A stretch of DNA of 63,625 nucleotides, the filler included, from Chiloscyllium plagiosum (Eukaryota): the NCBI RefSeq assembly GCF_004010195.1. It is 6 parts of 2 records of this genome, joined end to end, with 100 filler letters (N's around TTAATTAATTAA, not from the genome) between each part and the next. Parts side by side here need not be neighbours in the genome. Positions count along the whole stretch, not along the records: positions 23,217 to 44,742 come from NC_057711.1; positions 44,843 to 50,057 come from NC_057711.1; positions 50,158 to 57,964 come from NC_057711.1; 3 more parts are not named here. One strand, 5' to 3'. Below the pieces are notes generated by a model that saw nothing but the letters and a program-made list of their open reading frames with translations, had not been told where the DNA came from and ran no database searches. Shown here in pieces: positions 39,062 through 50,650 of this stretch; positions within the stretch are counted from its first letter, which is position 1; every line of letters starts with the position of its first letter. The position numbers and the translations under genes were made by a program.

Positions 39062-39984
39062 NNNNNNNNNNNNNNNNNNNNNNNNNNNNNNNNNNNNNNN
39101 NNNNNNNNNNNNNNNNNNNNNNNNNNNNNNNNNNNNNNNNNNNNNNNNNNNNNNNNNNNNNNNNNNNNNNNNNNNNNNNNNNNNNNNNNNNNNNNNNNNN
39201 NNNNNNNNNNNNNNNNNNNNNNNNNNNNNNNNNNNNNNNNNNNNNNNNNNNNNNNNNNNNNNNNNNNNNNNNNNNNNNNNNNNNNNNNNNNNNNNNNNNN
39301 NNNNNNNNNNNNNNNNNNNNNNNNNNNNNNNNNNNNNNNNNNNNNNNNNNNNNNNNNNNNNNNNNNNNNNNNNNNNNNNNNNNNNNNNNNNNNNNNNNNN
39401 NNNNNNNNNNNNNNNNNNNNNNNNNNNNNNNNNNNNNNNNNNNNNNNNNNNNNNNNNNNNNNNNNNNNNNNNNNNNNNNNNNNNNNNNNNNNNNNNNNNN
39501 NNNNNNNNNNNNNNNNNNNNNNNNNNNNNNNNNNNNNNNNNNNNNNNNNNNNNNNNNNNNNNNNNNNNNNNNNNNNNNNNNNNNNNNNNNNNNNNNNNNN
39601 NNNNNNNNNNNNNNNNNNNNNNNNNNNNNNNNNNNNNNNNNNNNNNNNNNNNNNNNNNNNNNNNNNNNNNNNNNNNNNNNNNNNNNNNNNNNNNNNNNNN
39701 NNNNNNNNNNNNNNNNNNNNNNNNNNNNNNNNNNNNNNNNNNNNNNNNNNNNNNNNNNNNNNNNNNNNNNNNNNNNNNNNNNNNNNNNNNNNNNNNNNNN
39801 NNNNNNNNNNNNNNNNNNNNNNNNNNNNNNNNNNNNNNNNNNNNNNNNNNNNNNNNNNNNNNNNNNNNNNNNNNNNNNNNNNNNNNNNNNNNNNNNNNNN
39901 NNNNNNNNNNNNNNNNNNNNNNNNNNNNNNNNNNNNNNNNNNNNNNNNNNNNNNNNNNNNNNNNNNNNNNNNNNNNNNNNNNNN

Positions 39985-40088
39985 GACACGGGGAGAACGT
40001 GCAAACTCCACACAGTCAGTCGCCTGAGGCGGGAATTGAACCCGGGTCTCTGGCGCTGTGAGGCAGCAGTGCTAACCACTGTGCCGCC
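39985..40088 (-). mobile_element. HE1-type V-SINE 5' part, truncated by the gap
   Basis: Near-identical to 28061-28165. Confidence 0.88.
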
Positions 40089-40111
40089 CACCATTTGTTA
40101 CAGAACCCAGG

Positions 40112-40210
40112 GTATCCTGAAGAAGGGCTTATGCCCGAAACATCAATTCTCCTGCTCCTTGGATGCTGCCTGACTTGCTGCACTTTTCCAGCAACACATT
40201 TTTCAGCTGT
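40112..40210 (+). mobile_element. Penelope-like pLTR fragment with hammerhead core (40117-40144)
   Basis: CTGAAGA-a-gggc-ttat-gccc-GAAA-CATC followed by the pLTR terminus. Confidence 0.7.
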
Positions 40211-40549
40211 TGTCTCTCATAGACAGGCAACAGGGTGCTTCAATACCATTAAACTTGTGTTGTGTGTAATTAGTTTAATTTATCCTACCTTATCTTCATT
40301 AGTTTTGTAACATAAAATGAATAAAATATATTTCTGTTTCATTTTAACAATTAAAGCAGTAACATTTCACACAAGTTTCTTGAGACAATGTTTTGAGAAA
40401 ACCATAACCAAACATATATAGCCACATTTCATTCTGGGATCTAATTTGTTCAGTCATAACATAAACTGGGATTATAACACATGATCCTTTCTTGTATTTT
40501 CAACTCAAATGTCATACATACCCAGTTTCATCTTTCTGTCACTTTCACA

Positions 40550-40880
40550 CAGAGATAGTTTTACTCTGTGCCTAACTCTGCATTGTGTTGTTCTTGGCAG
40601 TGTTTGATGGGGACTGTGGAAAGGAAGGCTTACTTCAATTCTCAAGAAGTCAAGGGAATTTACTCTGCATCTAACCCTTTGCTGTCCCTGTCCTGGGAGT
40701 GTTCATGGACACTATCAAGGAAGCTTCACTTTCAGTTTATAAGAATAGAGCAAGTATAACTTCTGTTATCTAAGCCATGCTGTGCCTGACCTTGGGAGTG
40801 TTTGATGTGGACACTTTTGAGAGAACTTTCTTTTCAATTTAAAAGTGTAGAGACAGCTTTACTCTGTATCTAATCCCTTC
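40550..40880. repeat. Degenerate minisatellite (recurrent tttactctgtatctaaccc / gggagtgtttgatgg units)
   Basis: Motifs recur at ~40560, 40660, 40760 and 40858, and at ~40598, 40695 and 40794. Confidence 0.65.
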
Positions 40881-40912
40881 ACCTACCACTAATGTCATTT
40901 ACCACCACTTAC

Positions 40913-40958
40913 CAAAGCCGGAGAAACCCATTACGGCCCCAACGTCAGGATCAGTCAT
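40913..40958 (-). CDS. WDR70: WDR70-like start-codon exon (64-nt exon 40976-40913; coding MTDPDVGAVMGFSGF-G)
   Basis: Acceptor ctctttgtttttAG at 40978-40977 and consensus donor G|GTAAGT. Peptide resembles, from recollection, the WDR70 N-terminal DP..A..MGF(T/S)GFG motif. Only 15 codons, so the identity is not certain. Confidence 0.6.
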
Positions 40959-41693
40959 TTCAATGTTAGCTGAAACCTAAAAACAAAGAGTTCAAATCAA
41001 GGAATGCCACCACTCACTGAGAACTGCTCTCAATCTCCCCACCATTCCTTTTGCACACAACACTTCCATCCTTTAATCATCCCCTGAACACCATTGCATC
41101 GATGTTTCCCAGCCTGATAAGAGTTCGAAAAGTATGATCCTGGTCCAGGGTTCAGGCAGATCATTTCCCCTGGGCCCCCCACCCTATTCCCTGTTTACTC
41201 CTCCTCAATTTCTCACTCTTCTGCTTTCCTCGATTTCTCTTTCAATCTTCCTCCTATCCCATCGCTGTCATCTGGGAAGTTTTACTACTTTTGTAGGGTG
41301 TTACAAAGAATGATAATATATGATTATTGTTCGGGAACTTGAATTCTTAAGTGGGGGTAAACTGGATTTTAGCTTTCTGGTTCAAAACAGCACTTAACAG
41401 AATTCATAGGATTTTAGCTAAATGACCAGTGCCCCACCTGGGATGATAATTGCAGGGGTCTTTGATTACTTGAGGTTTAAAACCACCCAAGAGACAGAAA
41501 GGGAAACAGATTCACTCCAGGGTAGAGCATAACAGCAGAAATGCTGTCATTAGCAGTCTCCAAACAGTCAGGGCTGGAAGAGGTCCTGAGTTCCTTAGAA
41601 GTCAGTGAGAAGAAAGCTTCAGAAGTAGGCAGCTTCTGGCCTGTCAAAGAAAGACATCCTAAATACATGTCAAGGTAGACAAGCAGGACGCAG

Positions 41694-42515
41694 GGAGAAA
41701 GTGAGAACTGCAGATGATGGAGTCAAAAAGTGTGTCGCCGGAAAAGCACAGCAGGTCAGGCAGCATCCAAGGAGAGGCAATGTTTCGGGCATATGCCTGA
41801 ATTCCTGAAGAAGGGTTTCTGCCCGAAATGTCGCCTCTCCTGCTTCTCGGATGTTGCTTGACCCGCTGCGTTTTTCCAGCGTCACTTTTTGAAGCAGGAG
41901 GCTGGAAGAACACAGCAAGCCAGGCAACGTCAGGAGCTGGAGAAGTCAATGCTTCGGGTGTCAGCCTTCTTTAGGACTGGGGGCGGATGTTGGGCTGCAG
42001 ATAAAAGGGTTTGGAGTGGGCGGGGTGGTGAGGTCAGGATAGGTAAACACAGGTAGAGGGTATGATCTGGTTGGCAGCTGGATGGAAGAAAGGGTCAATG
42101 AGAGGAATGGAAGGGAGGGGGAGGGGTTGGGAAGGGAGGTTATTTGACATTGGAGAACTCAGTGTTGAGTCCTCTGGGCTGGAGGGTGCCCAGGCAGAAA
42201 ATGAGGTATTGTTCATCCAATTTGCGATCCGATTCGCTGTGACAATGGAGAAGGCAAGGATGGTCATGTCAGAAAGGGAGTGGAAATGGGAAATAAAATG
42301 GACGGTGACTGAGAGGTCCAGTTGGCCCCGATGTGCCTGGCTGAGATGCTCAGTGAAACATGCCCTGAGTTTATGTTTAGACTCAATGATGTAGAGAAGA
42401 CCACATCGGGAGCACCGGATATGGTAAACTAAATTGGAACTGAGGTTGGTGAACCTCTGTCTCAACTCTAAGGTCAGCTTTGGGCCGTGGATGGAGGTGA
42501 GAGGGATGGTGTGCC
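41694..42515. mobile_element. Penelope-like pieces: fold-back pLTR pair (41694-41890) and minus-strand GIY-YIG plus pLTR (41893-42515)
   Basis: RQRFTNLSSNLVYHIRCSRCGLLYIIESK. Hammerhead-like core at 41805-41832. Confidence 0.82.
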
Positions 42516-42517
42516 GG

Positions 42518-43080
42518 CACTCACTGTCCACCCTATCTAATCCTCTGAACCTCTTGTTTGACTCTATTAAGTCACCTCTAAACCTTCTTCTCTCTAATGA
42601 AAACAGCCTCAAGTACCTCAGTCTTTGCTCATACGACCTTCTCTCCACACCAGGCAACATTCTGGTAAATCTCTCTTGTACCCTTTCCAATGCCTCCACA
42701 TTCTTCCTATAATGTGGTGACCAGAACTGTACGCAATATTCCAAGTGTGACCGCACCAGAGTTTTATACAGCTGCAACATGATCTTGTGGCACTGAAACT
42801 CAAACCCTTTACCAATAAAACCTAACACACCGTACGCCTTCTAAACAACCCGATCAACCTGGGTGGCAACTTTGAGGGATTGATGCACATGGACACCAAC
42901 TCAAGAGCCTAATTCTGCATTGTCCCCATAACCTTTGGTCCCATTTGCCCCAAATGCTCTATCTAGCCACCCCTTGAATATATTCAATGTTTTGGCATCA
43001 ACTACCTCCTGTAGCAATGAATTCCACAGGCTCACCGCTCTTTGAGTGAAGAAATGTCTCCTCGTGTCTGTCCTAAATGA
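42518..43080 (-). mobile_element. CR1 fragments (young truncated piece joined to an older 3' end)
   Basis: [42 protein letters not shown]. Confidence 0.88.
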
Positions 43081-43089
43081 TCCACCCCC

Positions 43090-43832
43090 GCTCCTTGGCA
43101 ACTTCCCATGTAACCACAGAAGGTGCATCACCTGCTGCTTCACCTATTCCCCGCTCATCATCCAAGGGTCTAAACAGGCCTTTCCAGATGATGCAGCCCT
43201 TCACCTGTACCGCCTCCAATCCTGTCTTCTGTATGTGCTGCACCCAACGCGGCCTCCTCTACATTGCAGAAACCGACGCAGACTGGGTGACCTCTTTGCA
43301 TAACACCTCCAGTCTGTGTGCAAGCAGGACCCTGACCTTCCTGCAGCCAGTCATTTTAACACAGCGTCCTGTTCGCAGGCCATGTTTGTCCTTGGCAAGC
43401 TGCAGTGTTCCAGTGAACAGCATAAACTGGAGGAACAACAAGTCATCTTCAGACCAAGCACTTTACAGCCTTCTGGGACTTAATACTGAGTTCAACACCT
43501 TCACATTGTGAACCATTTCTTTCCTTTCTTTTAGCTTATCGTGTCCTCCCCTCCCTTATCCCACTTACGTCCTTTCAAATCTGACACACCACCGTTCTGC
43601 CATTCTCACATTCTGATCACTTTATGGAAATTACTAACACCTTTTTTCCACCACCACCAACTCCCAAACGACAGCATAAATGCTGCCCCCTCCACACTTC
43701 ACTTCCGCTCTGATTAAGACCTTGTCCCTAAATGTTAGCTTGCTCTCTCTCCTTGGATGCTGCCTGAACCACTGCGATCTCCAGCATTTGTTGCTTTCAG
43801 TCCAGATGCCAGCATGTGCAGTAATTTGCTCC
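43090..43832 (+). mobile_element. Penelope-like GIY-YIG 3' end and pLTR
   Basis: FPCNHRRCITC, QPFTCTASNPVFCMCCTQRGLLYIAET, KLEEQQVIFR. Confidence 0.8.
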
Positions 43833-44397
43833 CACCACTGGTCACAGATCTCCAATCAGAAAAACATTCTTCCACTGTTATCGTCTTCTCTGAATGATCC
43901 ATCTCAGCAGCTCACTGCAAGTTAGCCAGTCAAAAAGTCAAATAGACAATATCCATTGCTCTGCTCTCAATCATCTTTCTCACCACCTCAAAAAAACCCA
44001 AGTTGATAAGGCTGATTTTCCCTGAACAAAGCCATGCTGCCTGTCCCAAATCAGTCCATACTTCTCGAAATGTTATGGTTACTTCCACCAAGGGGCTCCT
44101 TCACCTTAAGCTCCCCAATCAATTCTGCTTCATTTCACATCACTGAAACCAGAACTCCTTTACCACAAGCTGTTCCAAAAAAATAATCTTGGAAACATTC
44201 TAGAAATTCCTTTTCTTTGGAAATGCTAACAACTTGATTTGCTCAGTCCACCTGTATATAGAAATCTCCAATGATTATTGGAATAGTGCTTTTTTAATTT
44301 GCATTTGCTTTCTGCTGATTTATTTTCTGCCCACGCCCTGACTCCTGCTGGGATCCCTGTGCCTACATTAGTTTTGCTACACTACATCAGAACTGAC

Positions 44398-44742
44398 AGC
44401 CAGACTACTGCGACCCCTAGGACTCATAACGGCACACAAACCAACAGCCACGCTCAGACAACAACTCACCAGAACGAAGGACCCGATACCCAACATGAGC
44501 AAGACGAATGTAGTGTACAAAATACCATGCAAGGACTGCACAAAACACTATATAGGACAAACAGGAAGACAGCTAACAACCCGCATACATGAACACCAAC
44601 TAGCCACGAAACGACACGACCAGCTATCCTAAGTAGCCACACACGCAGACAACAAGCAACATGAATCCGACTGGGACAACACTACTATCATAGGGCAAGC
44701 CAGACAGAGAACAGCCAGGGAATTCCTACAGGCATGGCATTC
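44398..44742 (+). mobile_element. Penelope-like GIY-YIG endonuclease fragment at a contig end
   Basis: Translates TNVVYKIPCKDCTKHYIGQTGRQLTTRIHEH. Confidence 0.88.
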
Positions 44743-44842
44743 NNNNNNNNNNNNNNNNNNNNNNNNNNNNNNNNNNNNNNNNNNNNTTAATTAATTAANN
44801 NNNNNNNNNNNNNNNNNNNNNNNNNNNNNNNNNNNNNNNNNN
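44743..44842. other. Artificial scaffold spacer
   Basis: 44 N + TTAATTAATTAA + 44 N. Confidence 0.97.
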
Positions 44843-44882
44843 CCCCATCCCCCCCCCATCCCTCTCCCTCCCAATATCTCAC

Positions 44883-45005
44883 CTTTCCCTGTTCTTTACC
44901 GATTTTCTTTCCCCCGCTGGTAGATGCTCTGACCCGGAAGAACGAGGCCAAAGCTTTCACTTCCGGTCGGGACGGCCCTGAGCGCCCTCCTGCGGCAGGG
45001 AGGAC
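44883..45005 (-). promoter_or_regulatory. Candidate CpG-rich promoter and non-coding first exon
   Basis: Non-repeat GC/CpG-rich patch with ETS-type motifs ccggaag (44934-44940, plus) and CCGGAAGTG (44966-44958, minus). Donor AAG|GTGAGA at 44883/44882. Confidence 0.55.
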
Positions 45006-45379
45006 TGGTGACTATTTCACCCAAACTCTCATCATCTCCTGACACCTGCCCAATTTCTGCAATGTCCATTTTTAGATTTAATAAGTTCAAAAAAATGACA
45101 AAAAGCTGAAATACCCAAAGCGATTAATTGATTTAAGTATTGGTGAAGGAAGATAGTGAGTTGCATTTATGCTTTCAAACAATAAACATATATTTGGTGT
45201 AATTAATTGTGTGAGCTGTGGGCTGTAATTGCCCCAAGGGTATGAAGTTACATGGGAGCCAGACCAGGTAAAGAAAGCAGTTCCCATCCTTTTCCTTTGA
45301 AACAGATTCAAAATGTATCAGTTCAGAGGGATCTGGTCATCATTGCACATTAGTCACAGTAAGTGGGTCTGCATTGTGG

Positions 45380-47310
45380 CATCTAATAAGAAAGGCACTT
45401 GGAATCCTGGCTTTTATTGCAAAAGGCCTGGATTATAAAAATAAAGAAATGTTGTTACAATTATAGAAGCACTGGTGAGACCACACCTGGAAATATTGTA
45501 TCCAGTTTTTATCTCCTGACTCGAGGAAGGACGTGATGGCAATGGAAGCAGTTCAGATGAGGTTCACCACGCTGATTCCAGGAATAAAAAGGCTTTTGCA
45601 CAAAGACATGTTGAAAACCTTGGGCTTGTACTTACTCGGAGTTCAGAAGAAAGAGGACGGTATCTGATTAAGGTATATAAAAGACTAAAGGAAATTGATA
45701 AGGTGGACATTATCCCACCAGGGGATCATCTGTTCAGTCTTGAACAAGAGGTCACAGATATAACAATGAGAGGAGGCAGCTCAAAACTGAGATGAGGAGA
45801 AACTACTTCTCTCAGAGGGTTATGAATCTGTGGAACTCACTGCCCCAGACTGCAGAGAAGACAACATGACTGCAGATGCTGGAATCCAAGGTAGACAGGC
45901 AGGAGGCTGAAAGAACACAGCAAGCTAGGCAGGAGGCGGAGAATTGTTACACTTCTTCATGACTTGGGGTGAGTGTAAGGGGAGCTGCAGATAAAGGACA
46001 TGGCAAGGGCAGGGTGGTGAAGTGGGAACAGATGAAGACAGGTGGAGGGTACAGCCTGGTTGGTCAATGGGAGGAATGAATCCGGTAGTTGGCTGGGAGG
46101 AGTGGAAGGGAGGGGGAGGGGCTGGGACAGTAGTCAGGGCATGGGGAGGGAGGTTACTTCAATTTGGAGAACTCAATGTTGAATCCTCCAGGCTGTCGGG
46201 TGCCCAGGCTATTTCATCTATTTCGAACAACATGCTTTCCCCCATCTATCATCCAGAAAGCCCTCCACCGTACCACCTCCATTCCCATTCCACTGCTCTA
46301 AACTCCCCCCGGCCAAACACAATAAAGACAGAGTCCCCTTTGTCCTCAGCTACCACCCCACCAGTCTCTGCATCCAACGCACCATCCTTAAACACTTCCA
46401 CCATCTCCAACTAGACCCCACCACCAAGAACATCTTCACCTCCCACCCCTCTTTCTGCCTTCTGCAAGGACCATTCCCTTCAACAGTACTTGGTCTGCGC
46501 CAATCTCACCACCAACCCCCAAATGCCCAAGGACCTTCCCCTGCAACTATAAAAAGATACAAAACCTGCCGATACACAATCCCCCTCCCCTCCAACCAGG
46601 GCCCCAAACAGTCCTTCCAGGTGAGACAGAGATTCACCTGATTCTCTTCCAACGTAGCTTACTGTATCCAGTGCTTCTGAGTGATCTTCTCTACATCGGG
46701 GAGACCAGACGTAAACTTGGGGAACATTTCACCAAGCATCTCAGCCGGGCCTGCAGAGGGCGACCGGACCTTCCAGTCACCGCTCATTTTAGTTCTCCTT
46801 CCAACTCCAGAGGACTCAACATTGAGTTCTTCAATTTCAAATAACCTCCCTTCCCAGCCCCTCACCCTCTCATCCACTCCTGCCAGCCACCTACTGGATT
46901 CATTCCTCCCATTGACCAACATGTCGTACCCTCTGCTTGTGTTCACTTATCTCTACTTCACATGCCTCTGCCACCCTCGTTATCTGTAGCTCCCCCTACA
47001 CCCACCCCCAGTCCTGAAGAAGGGTTACACCTGAAACATCGACTTCTCCACCTCCTGATGCTGCCTGGCTTGCTGTGTTCTTCCAGCCTCCTGCTTGTCT
47101 ACTTCAGAGTGCAGTGGAAGCAGAATCAATCAGCAGATTCAAGAAAGAAATGGATATGTTTCTGATGAAAAGTGGGATAAAGAGCTGTAGGGAGCAGGCA
47201 GGAAAGTGGGAATGAGACCAGGATAATATCAGCCTTGATTATGTTAAATGGCAGAGCTGCTTTGAATGGCTGAATTGCTTACATCAGCTCCTAATTTCTA
47301 TATTCCTATG
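45380..47310. mobile_element. Old plus-strand CR1 3' end (45380-45860, 47105-47310) split by an inverted-terminus Penelope-like insertion (~45862-47102)
   Basis: CR1 peptide continues on both sides. The insert has an inverted pLTR at its left end and GIY-YIG plus pLTR at its right end. Confidence 0.8.
47010..47044 (+). ncRNA. Minimal hammerhead ribozyme motif
   Basis: aguc-CUGAAGA-a-gggu(uac)accu-GAAA-CAUC-gacu. 4-bp stem I. Confidence 0.62.
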
Positions 47311-47397
47311 ACATTAATTAACCAAGTGGGTTTTTACAACAATAGACCATGGTCATCAGGAGACTTTTAATTTCTGATTTTTGATTGAATTCAAAAT

Positions 47398-47983
47398 TCA
47401 GAGAGTTCTCGAGATGTACAGCATCGAAACAGCTTGGTCCAACACATCCATGCCGACCAGATATCCCAACCCAATCTCGTCCCACCTGTCAGCACCTGGC
47501 TCATATCCCTCCAAACCTTTCCTATTCATATACCCATTCAGATGCCTTTTAAATGTTGCAATTGTACCAGCCTCCACCACTTCCTATGGCAGCTCATTCC
47601 ATACATGTACCACCCTCTGCATGAAAATGTTGCCCCTTAGGTTTCTTTTATATCTTTCTCCTCTCACCCTAAACCTATGCCCTCTAGTTCTGGACTCCCT
47701 GAACTCATTTATCCTATCCATGCCCCTAATGATTTTATAAGGTCACCCCTCAGCCTCCGACACTCCAGAGAAAACAGTCCCAGCCTGTTCAGCCTCTCCC
47801 TGTAGCTCAAATCCTCCAACCCTGGCAACATCCTTGTAAATCTTTTCTGAACCCTTTCAAGATTCACAACATCTTTCCGATAGGAAGGAGACCAGAATTG
47901 CACGCAATATTCCAAAAGTGGCCTAACCAATGTCCTGTACAGTGCAACATGACCTCCCAACTCCTGTACTCAATACTCTGACC
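47398..47983 (-). mobile_element. CR1 LINE 3' fragment
   Basis: [19 protein letters not shown]...VEAGTIATFKRHL. Confidence 0.92.
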
Positions 47984-48222
47984 CTGACCTTTTTTTTATT
48001 CACATGTAGGACATGGACATCACTGGAAAGTAAACATTTCTTGTTCATCCCTATTTGTTCTTGAGAAAGCAGTGGTGAGCTTCATTTTGAACCACGTTCT
48101 TGAAGCATTGCGAACCACCTGCTGGAGGTAGACCCACAATGTTCTTTGGGAGGGACTTCCAGGATTTTGACCAGGTGACAGTGAAAGAACGTTGATATAT
48201 TCCAAGTCAGAATGAGGAGAAG

Positions 48223-48885
48223 TGCTATGGAATGGGGTAAACCCCTCTGCTAATTTAAACCCGAGACACAGAGAAGCTGACCTCGCACCGTAATCTCTTA
48301 AATGTCAAGAGGTAAAGAACCATCCCAGATCTCACTATTTAACATAAAAATTAACAATTTTATTCTTTAAGTCCAAAAAAAACATTAAACAACTATTTAC
48401 AACTCCTTTCTCTTAAACCTATATTTTAACTCCAACTCGACAATACTGGCCTGAAAAATTCCTTCTTAAATTGATGGCAAATCACTTTCAAACCCAATTG
48501 TCATCTTCGATGTCAAACTTTCTCTGTACATTTCTCGAGGTCAGCTTCGGTCTTCTGCTGCACAAATTTCTTATGGACAGGAATCTTTTAGAGAGATATT
48601 TTGCTTGGCTGCTCTTTGCAGTTCTCCCCCTAACTGTTCAAAATATCCAATGTTATACCTCAAAACATTGGATCATTTCATTGGTTTGATGTCATCCCAA
48701 ACAGACATAATTTAGACTGATTGGCCAAATTTGAGTTTATTTTTGTTCCATAGCAACACAACTCCAGCTAATTGTTTCAAGCAAATGTCACATTTTTAAG
48801 TTCAGCACACAATGTGCTTTCAGTCAGTCCTTGCTAGCTTCCTCTTTCTCTTTAAGGTATAGTACACACCTGTATCTTCATAACA
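48223..48885 (-). mobile_element. Solo LTR candidate, 663 bp
   Basis: TG...CA termini, near-TSD gaag/gtag. Ends homologous (inverted) to 52088-52815. Confidence 0.6.
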
Positions 48886-48974
48886 GTAGCTTTGAAAGGT
48901 GCTGCCTGAGGAACCTTGGTGAATTTCAGCAGTGCATCTCATAGGTGCTACATACTGCTGCTACTGACTGTCAC

Positions 48975-49600
48975 TGGTGCAGGAACTGGATGTTTGTTTA
49001 AAATCCCCACAAAGGCAAATTGACCCGTCAGGCTTCATAATCGGTACACCCAGTATTACCCATTCTGCAAACTGTAGTGGTTTGATAATTCCTTTGCTTT
49101 CCAGCTTCCTGATTTCTGCGTCGACTTTTGCCCGTAAGGCAAATGGCACTGGGTGGCACTTGCAAAATCATGGAATTGCTTCCAGGTCAACATGTAAAGT
49201 GGCCTTAGCTCCTCTGATAGTCCCTTGACCTTCCTGAAAAACGTACGGGTATTTAATTAGGACTTCACTGGCAGCCGTTTTCTAACTGAAAATTGTTGAG
49301 CCAATCTAGGGTTATCTTTCTCAAACAATTCTGCCCCATCAAGATTGGGCCTGAGCCTTTTACTACAATTAGTGCCAACTAAACCAACTGCTTCCTATAA
49401 GAGACCAGAAACAAAGTTGTACCCTTAACTTGTGTAGAGTCCCAAGTATAGGTTCTCAGGCTGGGTGTGACCCAAACTTAAGGGTTGGAATCCAGAGCAA
49501 ATTTTGTTAATGACTGTTTCTGTAATTACTGATACAGCTGTGCGGGTATCGACTTCCATTACAACCTGATGGCCGTTTAATGATTCCAAACCAGCTGTAG
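48975..49600 (-). mobile_element. Ty3/Gypsy protease and RT N-terminus fragment
   Basis: LNGHQVVMEVDTRTAVSVI (aspartic protease); PFALRAKVDAEIRKLESKGIIKP..W...VPIMKPDGSICLCGDFK. Confidence 0.82.
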
Positions 49601-49740
49601 ATGGACTTCCCAGGATGTGCACTCTCCTGGATACTGGCCTTTGAGTTCTCTTAATAAAGTCAGGCCTCATTGCCATCTCGTGTCCGTGTACCAGCTGCAA
49701 CTACAATGGCTGGTTGCCTGGATCCTGAAGAACATTTCAG

Positions 49741-50057
49741 CCATAAATGCTGTTGGGTGCAAATCTTATCGCTTGGAGAGACAGATAGAAGCGATGAGGA
49801 ATTTGCAACAGCAACAGTATGTGATGGATGGCAGTTATAGGAAGTGGGGAAATGTCTCAGATACAGTCACAGAGATGGGTTAACTCCAGGAAGGGTAAGA
49901 GAGGGAGGCAGCTAGTGCAGGAGTCTTTTGTGGATATACCCATTTCAAACAGGTATGCTGTTTTGGAAAATGTAGGGGGTGATGGATTCTCAGGGGAACG
50001 TAGCACAAACAGCCAGGTTTCTGGTATTGAGACTGGCTCTAATGCAACGAAGGATAT
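49741..50057 (+). mobile_element. CR1 ORF1 fragment at a contig end
   Basis: LERQIEAMRNLQQQQYVMD..IPISNRYAVLE. Same family as 1-600. Confidence 0.75.
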
Positions 50058-50157
50058 NNNNNNNNNNNNNNNNNNNNNNNNNNNNNNNNNNNNNNNNNNN
50101 NTTAATTAATTAANNNNNNNNNNNNNNNNNNNNNNNNNNNNNNNNNNNNNNNNNNNN
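50058..50157. other. Artificial scaffold spacer
   Basis: 44 N + TTAATTAATTAA + 44 N. Confidence 0.97.
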
Positions 50158-50632
50158 GGGACTTATCTATTTTCACCCCTTCCAGTATTTCCAGCACCTC
50201 TTCTCTACATACCTCAAAGCCATCCAATCCATTTAATTGTGGCTCCGTATTCACATCGACAACAATGTCCTGTTCCTGGGTGAATACTGGCGAAAAGTAT
50301 TCATTCAGTGTCTCCCCAATCTCTTCAGCCTCCACACGCAACTTCCCACTACTATCCTTGACTGGACCTATTCCTACCCTAGTCATTCTTTTATTCCTGA
50401 CATACCTATAGAAAGCCTTAGGGTTTTCCCTAATCCTACCAACTAAGGCCCTTTCATGTCCCCTCCTTGCTGCTCTTAGCTCTCTCTTCAGGTCCTTCCT
50501 GGCTACCTTATAACTCTCAATCGCCCCAATTGAACCTTCACGCCTCATCTTTACATAGGCCGCCCTCTTCCATTTAACAAGGGATTCCAATTCCTTATTA
50601 AACCACGGCTCCCTCACACAACCCTTTCCTCC
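50158..50632 (-). mobile_element. Young CR1 ORF2 internal fragment, open frame
   Basis: REPWFNKE...IRENPKAFYRYVRNKR...LNEYF...KIDKS. Confidence 0.9.
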
Positions 50633-50650
50633 CCACACTCTGGGGATTCA

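Noticed and set aside
39025..40173. Long ORFs of 328-372 aa, and similarly 29317..30378
   Set aside because: Made mostly of N-gap codons or stitched TE pieces.
40901..40976. ZMAT2 or SNRNP27 assignment for the MGFSGFG peptide
   Set aside because: Flanking residues do not fit my recollection of those conserved proteins. A strong donor right after GF-G and an in-exon ATG fit an N-terminal WDR70-type exon better. Not excluded without a search.
42034..42828. 264-aa RT/GIY-YIG fusion ORF
   Set aside because: Chance read-through between adjacent CR1 and Penelope-like fragments.
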